Origin: Diploschistes diacapsis
Taxonomy: Eukaryota
Direction of reading: 5' to 3'
NCBI GenBank assembly: GCA_023645945.1
Contig: JALAIB010000035.1
Span: forward strand, 1 to 43,484
Length of the DNA: 43,484 bases
Made by a program: the position numbers and the translations under genes
The notes under the pieces: generated by a model
What the model was told of the DNA's origin: nothing
Database searches by the model: none
The model's input: the letters and a program-made list of their open reading frames with translations, nothing else
Shown here: positions 1 through 10,600 of the stretch, piece by piece
How positions within the stretch are numbered: the stretch's first letter is position 1
Layout of the letters: every line of letters begins with the position of its first letter

Positions 1-162
1 GAAGAAGGGAGATAGGTGAGGGCGGGGGTGAGCTTACGTAGTGGGCAACGGCTGAGGTTTTGGTGTTTGGTGATCAGTTCGCGTTCGTTGAGTCGATGTG
101 TCAAGGAGTGTTATCTTACGCTTGAAAGCCTTGTCCGTGGAGATGGTTCTGATTTCAGACAT
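1..162 (-). CDS. RidA/YjgF/YER057c (Mmf1/Hmf1-like) family protein, 5' part only; gene continues off the window
   Basis: ATG at 162. Exon 1 is 162-120, followed by intron 119-52 (GTAAGA...CTGAT...CAG), a 14-nt exon 51-38, and a next donor GTAAGC at 37. The spliced peptide MSEIRTISTDKAFKPVAHY resembles the RidA N-terminus (T-x-x-A-P-x-x-x-G-P-Y-S-Q-A). Only 19 aa are visible. Confidence 0.65.
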
Positions 163-1194
163 CTTTCTGGCGTGTGTGGAGAAAGAGCCGTTTTACTGGC
201 GTGACTCGAGGATGGAAAGTGAAGTGCGACTGAGTTTTGCGGTGGAGCATATGGAAGGTCCCGGGAGAGCTTCGAGTATCTCGGATTTAGGCCCTGTTTG
301 GCTGCACATAGAGCAGCTCTACATCCACGTAGACGCACCTCTACGTGGCGCGTTTAGCAGCCAGCCCCATCACGCTATCGCTTACCATCCTCGGCCTAAT
401 AGTCCAGCCTCGGCCCAGCCTCCCAGCCTTCCTAGCCTTCTCTGCGATGCCCTCGCAGGCGTAGTATTTGTCGTAATGCTGGGTTGCGTATAGTTGCGCA
501 ACATCAGCGAGGGGGGAAATGGGCGGTGGAGGCGGCGGCGACAGGATTTCGGTCCATTTTGGATCAATTCGTAGAGCGCTCTCGAGCTCTCACAGCACTC
601 TACCAAGATTTTGGTTGGTCGCAGAGCGCGTAGACGCTCTACGAAAAGGGGCGTTTGGTGGCAGCGTAGAGTGTCATGTGACCTCGTACAAGCTACGTGG
701 AGGCTCTACACGTGCTCTACGCTGACCACCAAACAGGGCCTAAGTTATTGTGTAGGTAGGTCATCAAGTATCAATCAAGCCTCTACGCGGGCATCAAGTG
801 GTGAAAAAGTTATGAGTTTGTTTTCAATTGTCAAGTTCAGTTCAATTGAAGTTACCGCCCAGTGCTGGTGTGGTTGTGTGGCTGACGCGATAGAGTATTC
901 ATCCAAGTCTCACTCTTTCCACTATCTCTACGCCTTCATACTAGCCTGTGATTTTGAAGCACAATGTGTGACTGATTGCCGCACAGCGTCGCACACAGTC
1001 CAAGGCTGAAACCTCTGAGGTGAGTTAGCTGAAGTGCTACAAAAGAAGCTAGGCGACCGAGTTTCTATCAAGTCTTTCCACTTTGTTTCTTTTTGCTTCA
1101 GAGCTGTGTTCCATCGCACTTCTGGTCTCGTTCGTTTACAGATGGTGACATTGCCCGTATCTGCAGCTGGCGTCAGACTCGGTCCTTTGCAATC

Positions 1195-4100
1195 ATGTCA
1201 CAACTCACTCCAGAACAGGCTCGTGAGATAATTGCACGGATAAGAAGGGACAATGGCGGTATTTCCGCCGAACGCCGCAGATTTCTCAAGGCAGTAATGC
1301 CGGATGTCCTGGACGCTCTGACCGGGGTGCGGAGAAAACTCGCGGGCGCTACAAAGATGTATGGCTGCAGATCAATATTCGCTTGAGCTGTTCACTAACA
1401 CATGAACAGCCTCGTCAACAACCTTTACTCCAAGGACACACGCTTTCTTTACGAGCTCATCCAAAATGCGGAAGACAACACATACAGCAAAGCGGCAGAG
1501 AAGGGTGAAAAACCATTCCTCACGTTCAAGATCTACGCCGATAAGATTATCATTGACTCGAACGAAGACGGCTTCTCCGAGCGCAATGTGAGTGCGATAT
1601 GCTCTGTGGGGGAGTCAACAAAAGCAAACAGCGAAGGATACATTGGCGAAAAGGGCATAGGATTCAAGTCGGTGTTTAAAGTCGCTCAGAAGGTGCTCAT
1701 ACAATCACATCCTTTCTCTTTTGTATTTGAGCATACTCGAGAAACTGATGACGATGGCCTCGGCATGGTCACACCTGACAATGCGGACGCAGAAGAGGCT
1801 CCGCCAGGGGTACGCACTAGAATGGTATTAACTTTGAAAGATAGCATCAAGTTCGACCACCTTGTCTCCGAGTTTCGATCAATTCCAGATACTCTGCTAC
1901 TATTTTTGCGACAGCTCCAGCTGCTGACTGTTGAATTTCATCCTCAAGCTGGGAAGCAGTCTTCGGAACACTATGCCAAGCGCGAAACGAGACACGGATC
2001 ACTCTACACTACTTTTTTGACAAAGTCAACCCATGCACAAACTGAGCCCTTGAAATCCGAGAAGAAATTCTATACCACTAAGACGGCTCTACACGATCTT
2101 CCCTACGACGAAGCCCGGTTGGACAAAAAAGGCAACAGCATTGCTCATGCTACAGTCGTTCTGGCGTTCCCTGTTGATGATATGGATACGCCAGTCTTGG
2201 AGCAACAGCATACATTTGCTTTCCTACCCCTTCGTCGAGTTGGCTTCAATTTCTTAGTTCAGTCGGATTTTGTAACTCAAGCAAATCGAGAAGATGTCGT
2301 GAACTCGACTCGGAATCGGGCCATCCTGAAGGGTGTCGCGCAGGCCTTCCGGAGTGCCATGGTTGGTTTTTACACCCACCCCTCCTTACGATATCAGTGG
2401 ATGAGGTATCTTCCACAAGACTCCGTCGTGGATGAGTTCTGGAAGGGTTTGACCGATCTTCTCAAAGAAACTCTCAAAGAAACCCCTTTGCTAGAGTCAT
2501 GGAGTGGCAAAGGTCCCTACATTCCAACAAAACTTCAAAGACTACAGCATGAAGTATGCGATGGTTTTGGGAACCCTCTCCTCGCGGATCTGGCCAACGA
2601 GGTTTACCTTTCCCGGAAATATACCGAAGGAGACTTTCAAATCCTAAAACAACTTGGAACACAGTTTCTAAGCGTGGGAAACTTCCTTGATCGCCTAGAG
2701 GTAGACCTTGGGTCTGCGAACTCTAGGTGGCGAAGCATGACGGAAATTGGAGATTGGCGCACCCGCATGTGCAACACACTCCTAATGCTTTTTCCAAACA
2801 GCGACCGTCAAAGCATTCCAGGATGTTTGCAAGCCCTCAAATTAATTCCAATGTACAACAACACTTGGCGGCCAAGCGGCGCAAATCTCTTTTTCCACAG
2901 TACGCAAGATTTCCTCAGTACGCAAGACGTACCGATTCCCACCGATTTAAACCTTAGCTTGGTGAACCCCATAGCGTTCAAGAACGATGCTTGGATAAAG
3001 CTCCTTGTTAAGTTAGGTGTAACCAGGTGTGCATCTGATGAGGTCATCAAGTCTATAAGTGTACGATACTCTTCCCAACGGCTCGATGGCATCACACAAG
3101 ATAACCGCATCGCGCATATCCGGTACCTATACTGGTTTCTTCCCCAAGACGTCCTTAGTCTGGACAAGAGGATTCGATTTGCAGATCACAACAACAATTT
3201 GCTATCTAGGGAAACGTCTCTGTATTTTCCCGACGTACACGATAGCTACAGTCCGGCGGAGCTGTTCAAGAAGGATGGAAAGCTACCTGGCTATAGCGTA
3301 CACTACCTACATTCTACGTATCTAGAGGCAGTGGACGCTACGGTAGCATGCAACGGCCGTTCATGGATCGCGTGGCTGGAGGACGTGGCTGGAGTTTGTC
3401 GAGCTCCTAAGCTCTGTGGAGACGGCCCTCACAAGATATCAGGTGAATTTCAGTATATCATCAAATACCGGTCCGACAAGTTTCTTGGAACTCTCAAATG
3501 CTACTGGGCTCACTACAAGGCTTCCATCGCTGATGTTGCGCAAGAATTATCGGACAGTGAGGTTGATCTAGAAAATAGTGGAAAGGACGTTCTTACAGCC
3601 GCGTTTCTCCCTTTTCCCAAGTTGAAGAGAATAGCCGCCGAGCTTCATGTTGACCAAGCGCTAGGATTCATCTCTATGTCCGAAAAGTTGCAAGACGAAG
3701 AGCTGACGAACTGGAAGTTCCTCGAACAACTCAATTACACACATTTTGAGAACGATCTTTTCTTTTACTCAAGTGTCTTGATTACATTTGTCGAACTCAA
3801 CCAAGCTCTCCAAACGTCATCCATCGAGTCATCCCTTTATACGATATACAACAAGATACAGTCTTTATGCCACGAAGACCTGGAATATGCACGGTCTGTG
3901 TATATTGGCTTTTTTCCACAAGCTATTCGCTAACAAAGTTTAGTGATTTGTTCTCGAATAACGATTGTATCTATGTGCCACCGCCAGATAGGCGCGGAGA
4001 TGTTTGGGTGGCGGCTAGTGAATGTGTATGGAGTGGCCCTCCGTGGCTTAAATCAAAACAGCGCTTGAATGTGGAAGCGTACCAACCTTTCGAGCCTCTA

Positions 4101-7100
4101 TTTAAGACATATTTGCAAATCTCCGACGCTTCCCAGGCGGACATCCTTGAAGACTTGGTGAGGCTTAAGGAAACTGCCACAACAGGCATCAACGCCGAAG
4201 ATGTCAAGGAAATATATGACCATTTCTACCATGAATTTATCAAATCAAAGGATAGAGAGAGCTGTAGCCAACTTGAAAACTTACGGTATGTAAACCTTTG
4301 CCTTTGTTTGTGTTCGAAACTGACTCTTCAGCAACTCATTTGAAGATTCAGCTTTGGTATACGTGCCCCATGAGCATGCCTGGGTCCCTCCCTCAAGGTG
4401 CGTATGGGCAGATTCACACGTGGTCATTCCAGGACAAAGCTCACTAGCCACGGCCTATTCTAACCGCAAGACTTTCTTTACGCGAGCATTGAAAGTTCCA
4501 GAGCCGTCTACTGCAATGTATATCAAGTCACTGAAAGCGGAGGCGTCTGGAAACAAAAGAACAGCAAAATTGAAAGAGATCATGGCGCTTATTAGTCGCC
4601 TTGGAGTTAAACCTGCAGACGTTGAGAGCCTCGCTGGGACACGGATCTTTCCAATCAGGCTCGCCAACGGTGAGACCTGCTTGGCATCTGCCTCGTCACA
4701 CGCAGCTTCGGTGGATTTTGCCATTATCGAGAGATTGACACACGACAGTGGGTTCAGTGGTAAAATCGCCATGCTTGACTTTTCTATAGAAGATATCCGA
4801 GACATCCGGCCTTTTCTGCTTGCAAATGGACTCGAAAACCGGTTCTCAAGCACGCTCGTTAAGGAAATAACCGATGTGAAAGGAGGCGTCCTAGAGCAAG
4901 ACTTGACCAACAGTCTCCGGCTCAAGACTCGAGCTATCGTACGGTATGACAAATGTTCTCGTCTAGCACGTAAAGTGCGGTAGTAGACCGCCTCTAAATC
5001 GCTAATTCGCTGATAGTTGCGTACTGAACTATGCCGGACCTAAGAGAACGTTTGACACCCAATCGCTGTATCGTATCTTCCGACAGGCCTCGGTCTTTTC
5101 GAGTGACCGTATCCGACTATCTATGAGGATAACCCAGAGTGGGAAGAGCATCGAAAGCGCTTATAGTAGCGCTAACTTCCACCTTGACAAAACTGAGGAA
5201 GGCCTGTATCTTTATCTACCAAAGGATGAGGATGAACGCGAGGTTTGCTTTGAACGTCAACTTCCTCGAAGACTTTGCGATTTCCTAAACATCAATGATA
5301 AGGCCGCAGAAGGTGTGATTGGTGCTATATTTCGAAAGGACAAGCCAGCTGTGATAGAAAAAATTCTGGTCGATGCGGGCGTCGCGCAGGTAGACTGTGA
5401 TTTTGAACTCTTAGAAGAACAGCTCATGACGGATGAGCCGGAAGTCCAAGCACTGATCACCAGAACAAGTGGCTTGGAACTTTCACCAACACCAACGAGA
5501 AATCTCGAGGTTTCGATTTCAACCGATGAGCTCGCTCCACTCTCATCAGGCCGTGCATGGCAGCAGTCGCATGTATCGAACCATGTATCCTACCAAAGAA
5601 CGCAAAACGCAACGCTCAACTTCAATTCTAATGCGCTTTATGAAGGTGCTGCGTCAACAACGAGCTTTTCTAGAAGCGTCTTAACCGAAACGCAAATATC
5701 AGCGTATAAGGAAATCCTCGAAGATCTGGTCAATGTTGCTAGGAAGCGCGCGGGGAATGATGTTTTTGAAGTAGGAGTTCCTAGAGTAAGCGGCCAAGCC
5801 ATCGGCGGAGTCTCGTATGATGTCGTTCAAGAAGCCTTTGGCTACCGTTCCTTGGAACGCGATTTCAAGCTTGGAGTGGCTGGAGAGCTCTATGTATGCA
5901 AACCATGGTCATCGGGCCATCCGGACCGTCTCGTTAACGATTTAACAGATGTTCGAGTATCTGAAGGGGCTTGAATTGCCTGGCTTCGGTCTCGCCAATT
6001 GGATGAGCGAAATACGAGATCGAGTCGCCTCGCACCCTGACTATCATGGTATCCGAAACATCGTTAATCGGGATGCAATTGCTGATATCGAGTACACGGA
6101 TCATGAGGGCAAACTAACCGACTTTTTAATCCAGAAGGGCCATCTCGAAGAAAATCTCTGGGCGGATGAACGTCCTCACTACCATTTTGAAGTTAAAGCG
6201 ACGATTAGTGGAAATTGGCAAGAGCCGTTCTTTATGAGCAAGAATCAGGAGCGTCATGTACGTTGTCTAGAAGCTTGTTTTGGGGCATACTGAGTGTAAA
6301 TGCTAGATTCGAGAAGCGTACATTGGACGAGGTAAAACCGGTCCAAGAATTTATGTCATTTGTCGCATCTTCAATATTGGAAGAGGCGAGGCAACCGGTA
6401 TGCTAATATATGTCGACCCGGAGGCAAGAAAACGATCCCGGCAGCTGGAATTTGTGAGTCAGACGTGGGCCGTGAAGCCAATGTGGTATCTCGGCATGCA
6501 AGGTTGGAAAGATGAAAACAGTTCAACAAGCAAGGACTTTGCCGGTGTCAAATCACAAGCAAGTAAATCGAACCCCTTCGGCCAAACTGAAAGTGTTGGC
6601 GGCTCGTCTTCGACTCCGTTATTCGGCGGTGCCTTCGCATCCTCCTCCAACGGCAGCATTCCAGGACCATCGACCTCTAATGGGCCCTCCTTTGGAAACT
6701 TCAGCCCCCTTAGGTTTGGATCAACTGGACTTGGATCTGTTGGGTCCAGCACAGCAAACTCGGATACGAGTGGCTTCGGGTCGCTTGGTTTTGGATCGAC
6801 GAAAGCCAAGTCCGAGACAAATGGGTCATTCGGTTCACCAAAACAGCCGGCAACTGATGCCTCTGCAAGCACTGCTGCGACTGCTTCCACCCCTAATCTG
6901 CCAAAGGATAAGGGTCCCTTGTTTCCATCCGGTACGACGTCTACGCCTGGCTCTCTTCCAAAACTTGGCCTATTCAACCAGCCTTCTACAAGCCGCTCCA
7001 CCCCAAGCAGCGGCAGTGACCCCTTGGCGGCCCTCTTGAAAACGACTGCAGCTAGCACTGGAGGTCAGGCAGACAGCGGCAGCAGTCCTCTTTCATTTTT

Positions 7101-8213
7101 CTCGAAACCGGCTGCCGCTCCAGCAAGCAGCGGGTTGTTTAGCAGTACATCCGCGACTGCAGCTAGCACTAATGGTCAAACAGGCAGCGGCAGCAGTCCT
7201 TTTGCACTTTTCTCGAAACCGGCTGCCGCTCCAACAGGCAGCGGGTTGTTTAGCAATACATCCGCGACTGCAGCTAGCACTGGAGGTCAGGCAGACAGCG
7301 ACAGCAGTCCTTTTGCACTTTTCTCGAAACCGGCTGCCGCTCCAACAGGCAGCGGATTGTTTAGCAGTACATCCACGAAGACCACCGCAACCGCGTCCGG
7401 ACTGTTTGGTACAGCTACGACAGAAACCGCACACCAAAGTACATTCGGTCACTTTCTAAGAGGTAATACTTCGTCTAGCTCAAAAGGTTCGGGAACAAGC
7501 AGTAATCTACCTGGAGACGCCAGTTTCGGTCAGAGTCAGCATACATCATCACCATTGGCAGAGCCAGCTACAGTAAATCGTGCATCTGGAAGTGGCGGTA
7601 CATTCGGAGGAGGTGGTGCATCTGGAAATGGCGGTACATTCGGAGGAAGTGGTGCATCTGGAGGTGGCGGTATATTCGGAAGAGGTGGTGCATCTGGAAG
7701 CGGCAGTATATTCGGAGGTGCCAGCGCCTTCGGCCAAGGTTCGTCTGCAACATTGGCCGGCAGAGGCATCGCCAAGGATACATCGAACAACAACCCGCTT
7801 TTTGGCCAAGCCCCTCCAGCGAAGTCAGCGTTAAAAGGGGAAGCTATAACAAACAACCTTTTCGGAGGTGGACAGTTGTCAATACCTTCAACAGTGTACA
7901 GCAGCACAGGTCCATATTACGTTGAGTATTACGTTGAGAATTTGCTCGCTATCAAGAACTATTTTCAAAGTATAACGCTAGCTGAAAGGTTCCAACGTTT
8001 TTCTTTTGAAGTAAGTCACCCTTTTCTCTTAATTTCCTGCCTTGCTTCAGTCTAAAGCCTATAATGGTGACAGGGGTAACAGCATATGTCACGTCTTTAT
8101 AATGATATGAAGCACCTTGGATTGTTTGTGAAGCTAAGAATGAATAATAATAACCTATTTGATAGGAGCTACGTCTAGCAGATTATGCCATAATCAACGG
8201 CAAATCCATCTAG
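1195..8213 (+). CDS. Sacsin/NO VEIN-like GHKL ATPase + DUF3883-like nuclease domain + FG-repeat region + C-terminal GLEBS motif (~2,179 aa)
   Basis: Exons 1195-1358, 1410-3893, 3944-4285, 4332-4943, 5017-5893, 5949-6257, 6307-8010, 8166-8213 total 6,540 nt in one frame, and all introns are GT-AG. GHKL boxes: RFLYELIQNAEDN, IDSNEDGF, IGEKGIGFKSVF. DUF3883-like motifs: GVAGELYMFEYL...ADIEY...FEVKAT...FFMSKNQ...YVICRIFNI. About 17 FG dipeptides in exon 7. The protein ends in FQSITLAERFQRFSFE|ELRLADY. Confidence 0.85.
7044..7376 (+). repeat. Coding tandem repeat, ~3 x 111 nt (37 aa, TAASTGGQADSGSSPFALFSKPAAAPTGSGLFSSTSA-like)
   Basis: GACTGCAGCTAGCACT recurs at 7044, 7155 and 7266, and the units are near-identical at the DNA level. 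Confidence 0.95.
7580..7720 (+). repeat. Coding tandem repeat, ~4 x 36 nt (GASGxGGxFGGx)
   Basis: GTGCATCTGGA...TTCGGA recurs with a 36-nt period. Confidence 0.9.
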
Positions 8214-8884
8214 GTCCCTGTTCCCTTAGCACAGAGAATATCACAAAAAGCAACAAGTTACACCGACTTGAGTGCAAGCCGTGTCAACCGATGACTCCTT
8301 TTCATTGGGATTGGAAATGGGAGATTATCTATTATTATCTTTGAACCCACGCATTTGGGCTCAGCGCATCACGGGGCTTTCCACGTACGGGTTCAGGCAC
8401 GGAACGTTCAGTCATAAGGCGTTTGCGACGCTTTGGTGTGAATATTGAAACAAATTACAGATATAGGCGCCATATATGGGGAGGGTAGGGCATCGAAAGC
8501 GATTGTAATATCAGTCTGTCTGCGTTAATAGGCTATGTTCTATAGATGTACAACTTATGTGGCTAAGTTGAATGTCTCGACCCAGCACAGAATTGCTAGA
8601 GAATCATGTAATCAGGGGGAAATATCCCATCCCTGTCTCCAATAGCTGCTCCTTGGAGGATATCTGCTATCCGGTGCATAGCCTGATAGAGTCAATTATA
8701 CAACTAAAAACAGCAGAATCTACACAGAGCTGCCTCAGGGTCCTGACCAATCACCTCCCCCCCCCCCCGGACAGCTCCAATGCTTACCTAACCTAGACTT
8801 CGACCTCACTTCACCATTTCCAATCTCTACTTTCACGCCCATCTTCCCCATTGCTCGCACACTACAGCTCTCCTAAAAAACAAT

Positions 8885-10600
8885 ATGTTCCTCCGCCGTT
8901 CCGCCTTCATCGCCTCGCGGCATCTCTCCCGCTCCTCAACAGTCACACGCAGCTTCAGTACTGCCATCGCGCGCCGTACGTTCGATAATTGACATATCAT
9001 AGTCTCAGGAGCTTGAGGTAGCTAATTCGAGCTGCAGGGGAAGCGCAGACGCACCAGGCGAAAGACACGCATGAGCACGGGCACGGAGCTGTAGCTCACA
9101 AGGGCGTGGACATGGACACGCCGGCGAAGCTGGCGAAGTTTGAAGGTGCGTCCCTTCAGTGCCTTTGGGTTCCTACAGAGCTGGCACCGTGGATATGGAG
9201 TTCCAGCATTAGATCTAAGGGATTAGCGATTGGTAGCTGAATAACTACACAACGCGCACCATTGCTGCTTATTCCGCCAGCTATACGGCGTACGAGAGCT
9301 CTTGATGATCAATAGCTAACGTGTCTACCTTGCAATTAACAGAAGTCGAAAGCGAAGCCGACCTGATCCCACCGGGCGCTGAAGTAGGCACAGTGCCGAC
9401 CGACTACATCCAATCGACCGGTCTCGAGCGTTTGGAAATTCTAGGAAAGATGCAGGGCATCGACATCTTTGACATGCGGCCTCTGGACTCGTCGCGAAAA
9501 GGTGCGCTGCAACACCCTTCTCCTACTTGCTAGCATCACGGAGTGAGGCCAGAAAGTGGATCGGAACACTACAATACTGTGTCACTGCGCGTTAAAGCTT
9601 GAGGTCGTTGGCTGGAAATAAAGAAAAGACGGCGTGAAGAAGGATATTGCACAATCGATGTAGAACGACGGCTGACACCTAACCCGCGGAAACAGGCACA
9701 ATGGAAGACCCCATCAGGGTCAAGTCCGCCGGCGACGAGCAGTACTGCGGCTGCACTGGCTGCCCCGCCGACTCCCACCACGTTGTCTGGCTAGCCGTAA
9801 GTCTCCACCCCCTCCAATCCAGCCTCCTCAATCTCCCTCTCTACCTATCACGATATATCCCCTTCTACTCCCCACATCAACGAACGGCGGGAAACATAGG
9901 ATCTCCCTCTCTGTCGTATACACCTCCAATAGTAACAAGTATAACCGCACAGATGTCCCGCGACCGCCCCCTCGAGCGCTGTCCCGAGTGCGGCAGCGTG
10001 TACGAGATGGAATACATTGGCCCGCCGGATGACCCGCACGGACACGACCACCACGGGCGTGAGTTGACTTCCTTTTCCATCCTGTGTCTTCCGCCTCATC
10101 TAGTTACCCTCTCGTCTCATCGCCCCGCCTGTCCCATTTACCTTCCTCAAACCCGCTTTCCATCTCCCCTTTCCCACTTCCTATTCCCCTACTCTCCTCG
10201 TCCTCGTCCTCGTCCTCCTCCTCCTCCTCCACCACCACAACTTCCCTCATTCTTTCCCCCTCGTCCTCAATCACCACCTCAATACATCTACCCCTCTCGC
10301 AATCCATCCATCCATCCATCCATCTATCTATCTATCCCTCCATCAATCCATCCACCCATCTACGTCCCTTTCCCCACCTTCCCACGTCCACACGCCATCA
10401 CCACCAACCTGTCCACGCCAACGCATTACTACATACGCCACAGCCACATCACGCACACACACAGACACACACACCCTACGTATGGAGTGGGCTAACCACG
10501 CAACATACGAAACACAGACCACGGCGACGGCGCGCACAACTACGAAGGCGAACCCGTGACCTTCGCCGACTTCATCAAGCCCGAGTATCGGTACCGGTGA
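8885..10600 (+). CDS. COX4: Cytochrome c oxidase subunit IV (Cox4/COX5B family), mitochondrial, ~215 aa
   Basis: Exons 8885-8975, 9038-9145, 9343-9501, 9696-9796, 9953-10058, 10518-10600. Arg/Ser-rich presequence MFLRRSAFIASRHLSRSSTVTRSFSTAIAR, conserved VPTDYIQSTGLERLEILG, and zinc-ligand motifs CGCTG..SHH and RCPECG. Confidence 0.95.
10190..10475 (+). repeat. Microsatellite cluster in COX4 intron 5: (TCCTCG)n/(TCC)n, (ATCC)n/(ATCT)n, (CA)n
   Basis: Directly visible simple repeats in a strongly C/T-rich intron (10059-10517). Confidence 0.9.

Noticed and set aside
7044..7720. CRISPR-like array
   Set aside because: The repeats are contiguous in-frame coding units without unique spacers, in a eukaryotic gene.
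6400..8055. Stand-alone nucleoporin gene (NUP98/NUP116) from the 551-aa ORF
   Set aside because: The frame is open upstream to the acceptor at 6306 and continues the DUF3883-like domain. No autoproteolytic or Nup96 domain follows, so it is better explained as the tail of the large gene.
9146..9695. Intronic box C/D snoRNAs in the ~195-nt COX4 introns 2 and 3
   Set aside because: A TGATGA occurs only near the 3' end of intron 2, with no properly placed downstream CTGA or terminal stem.
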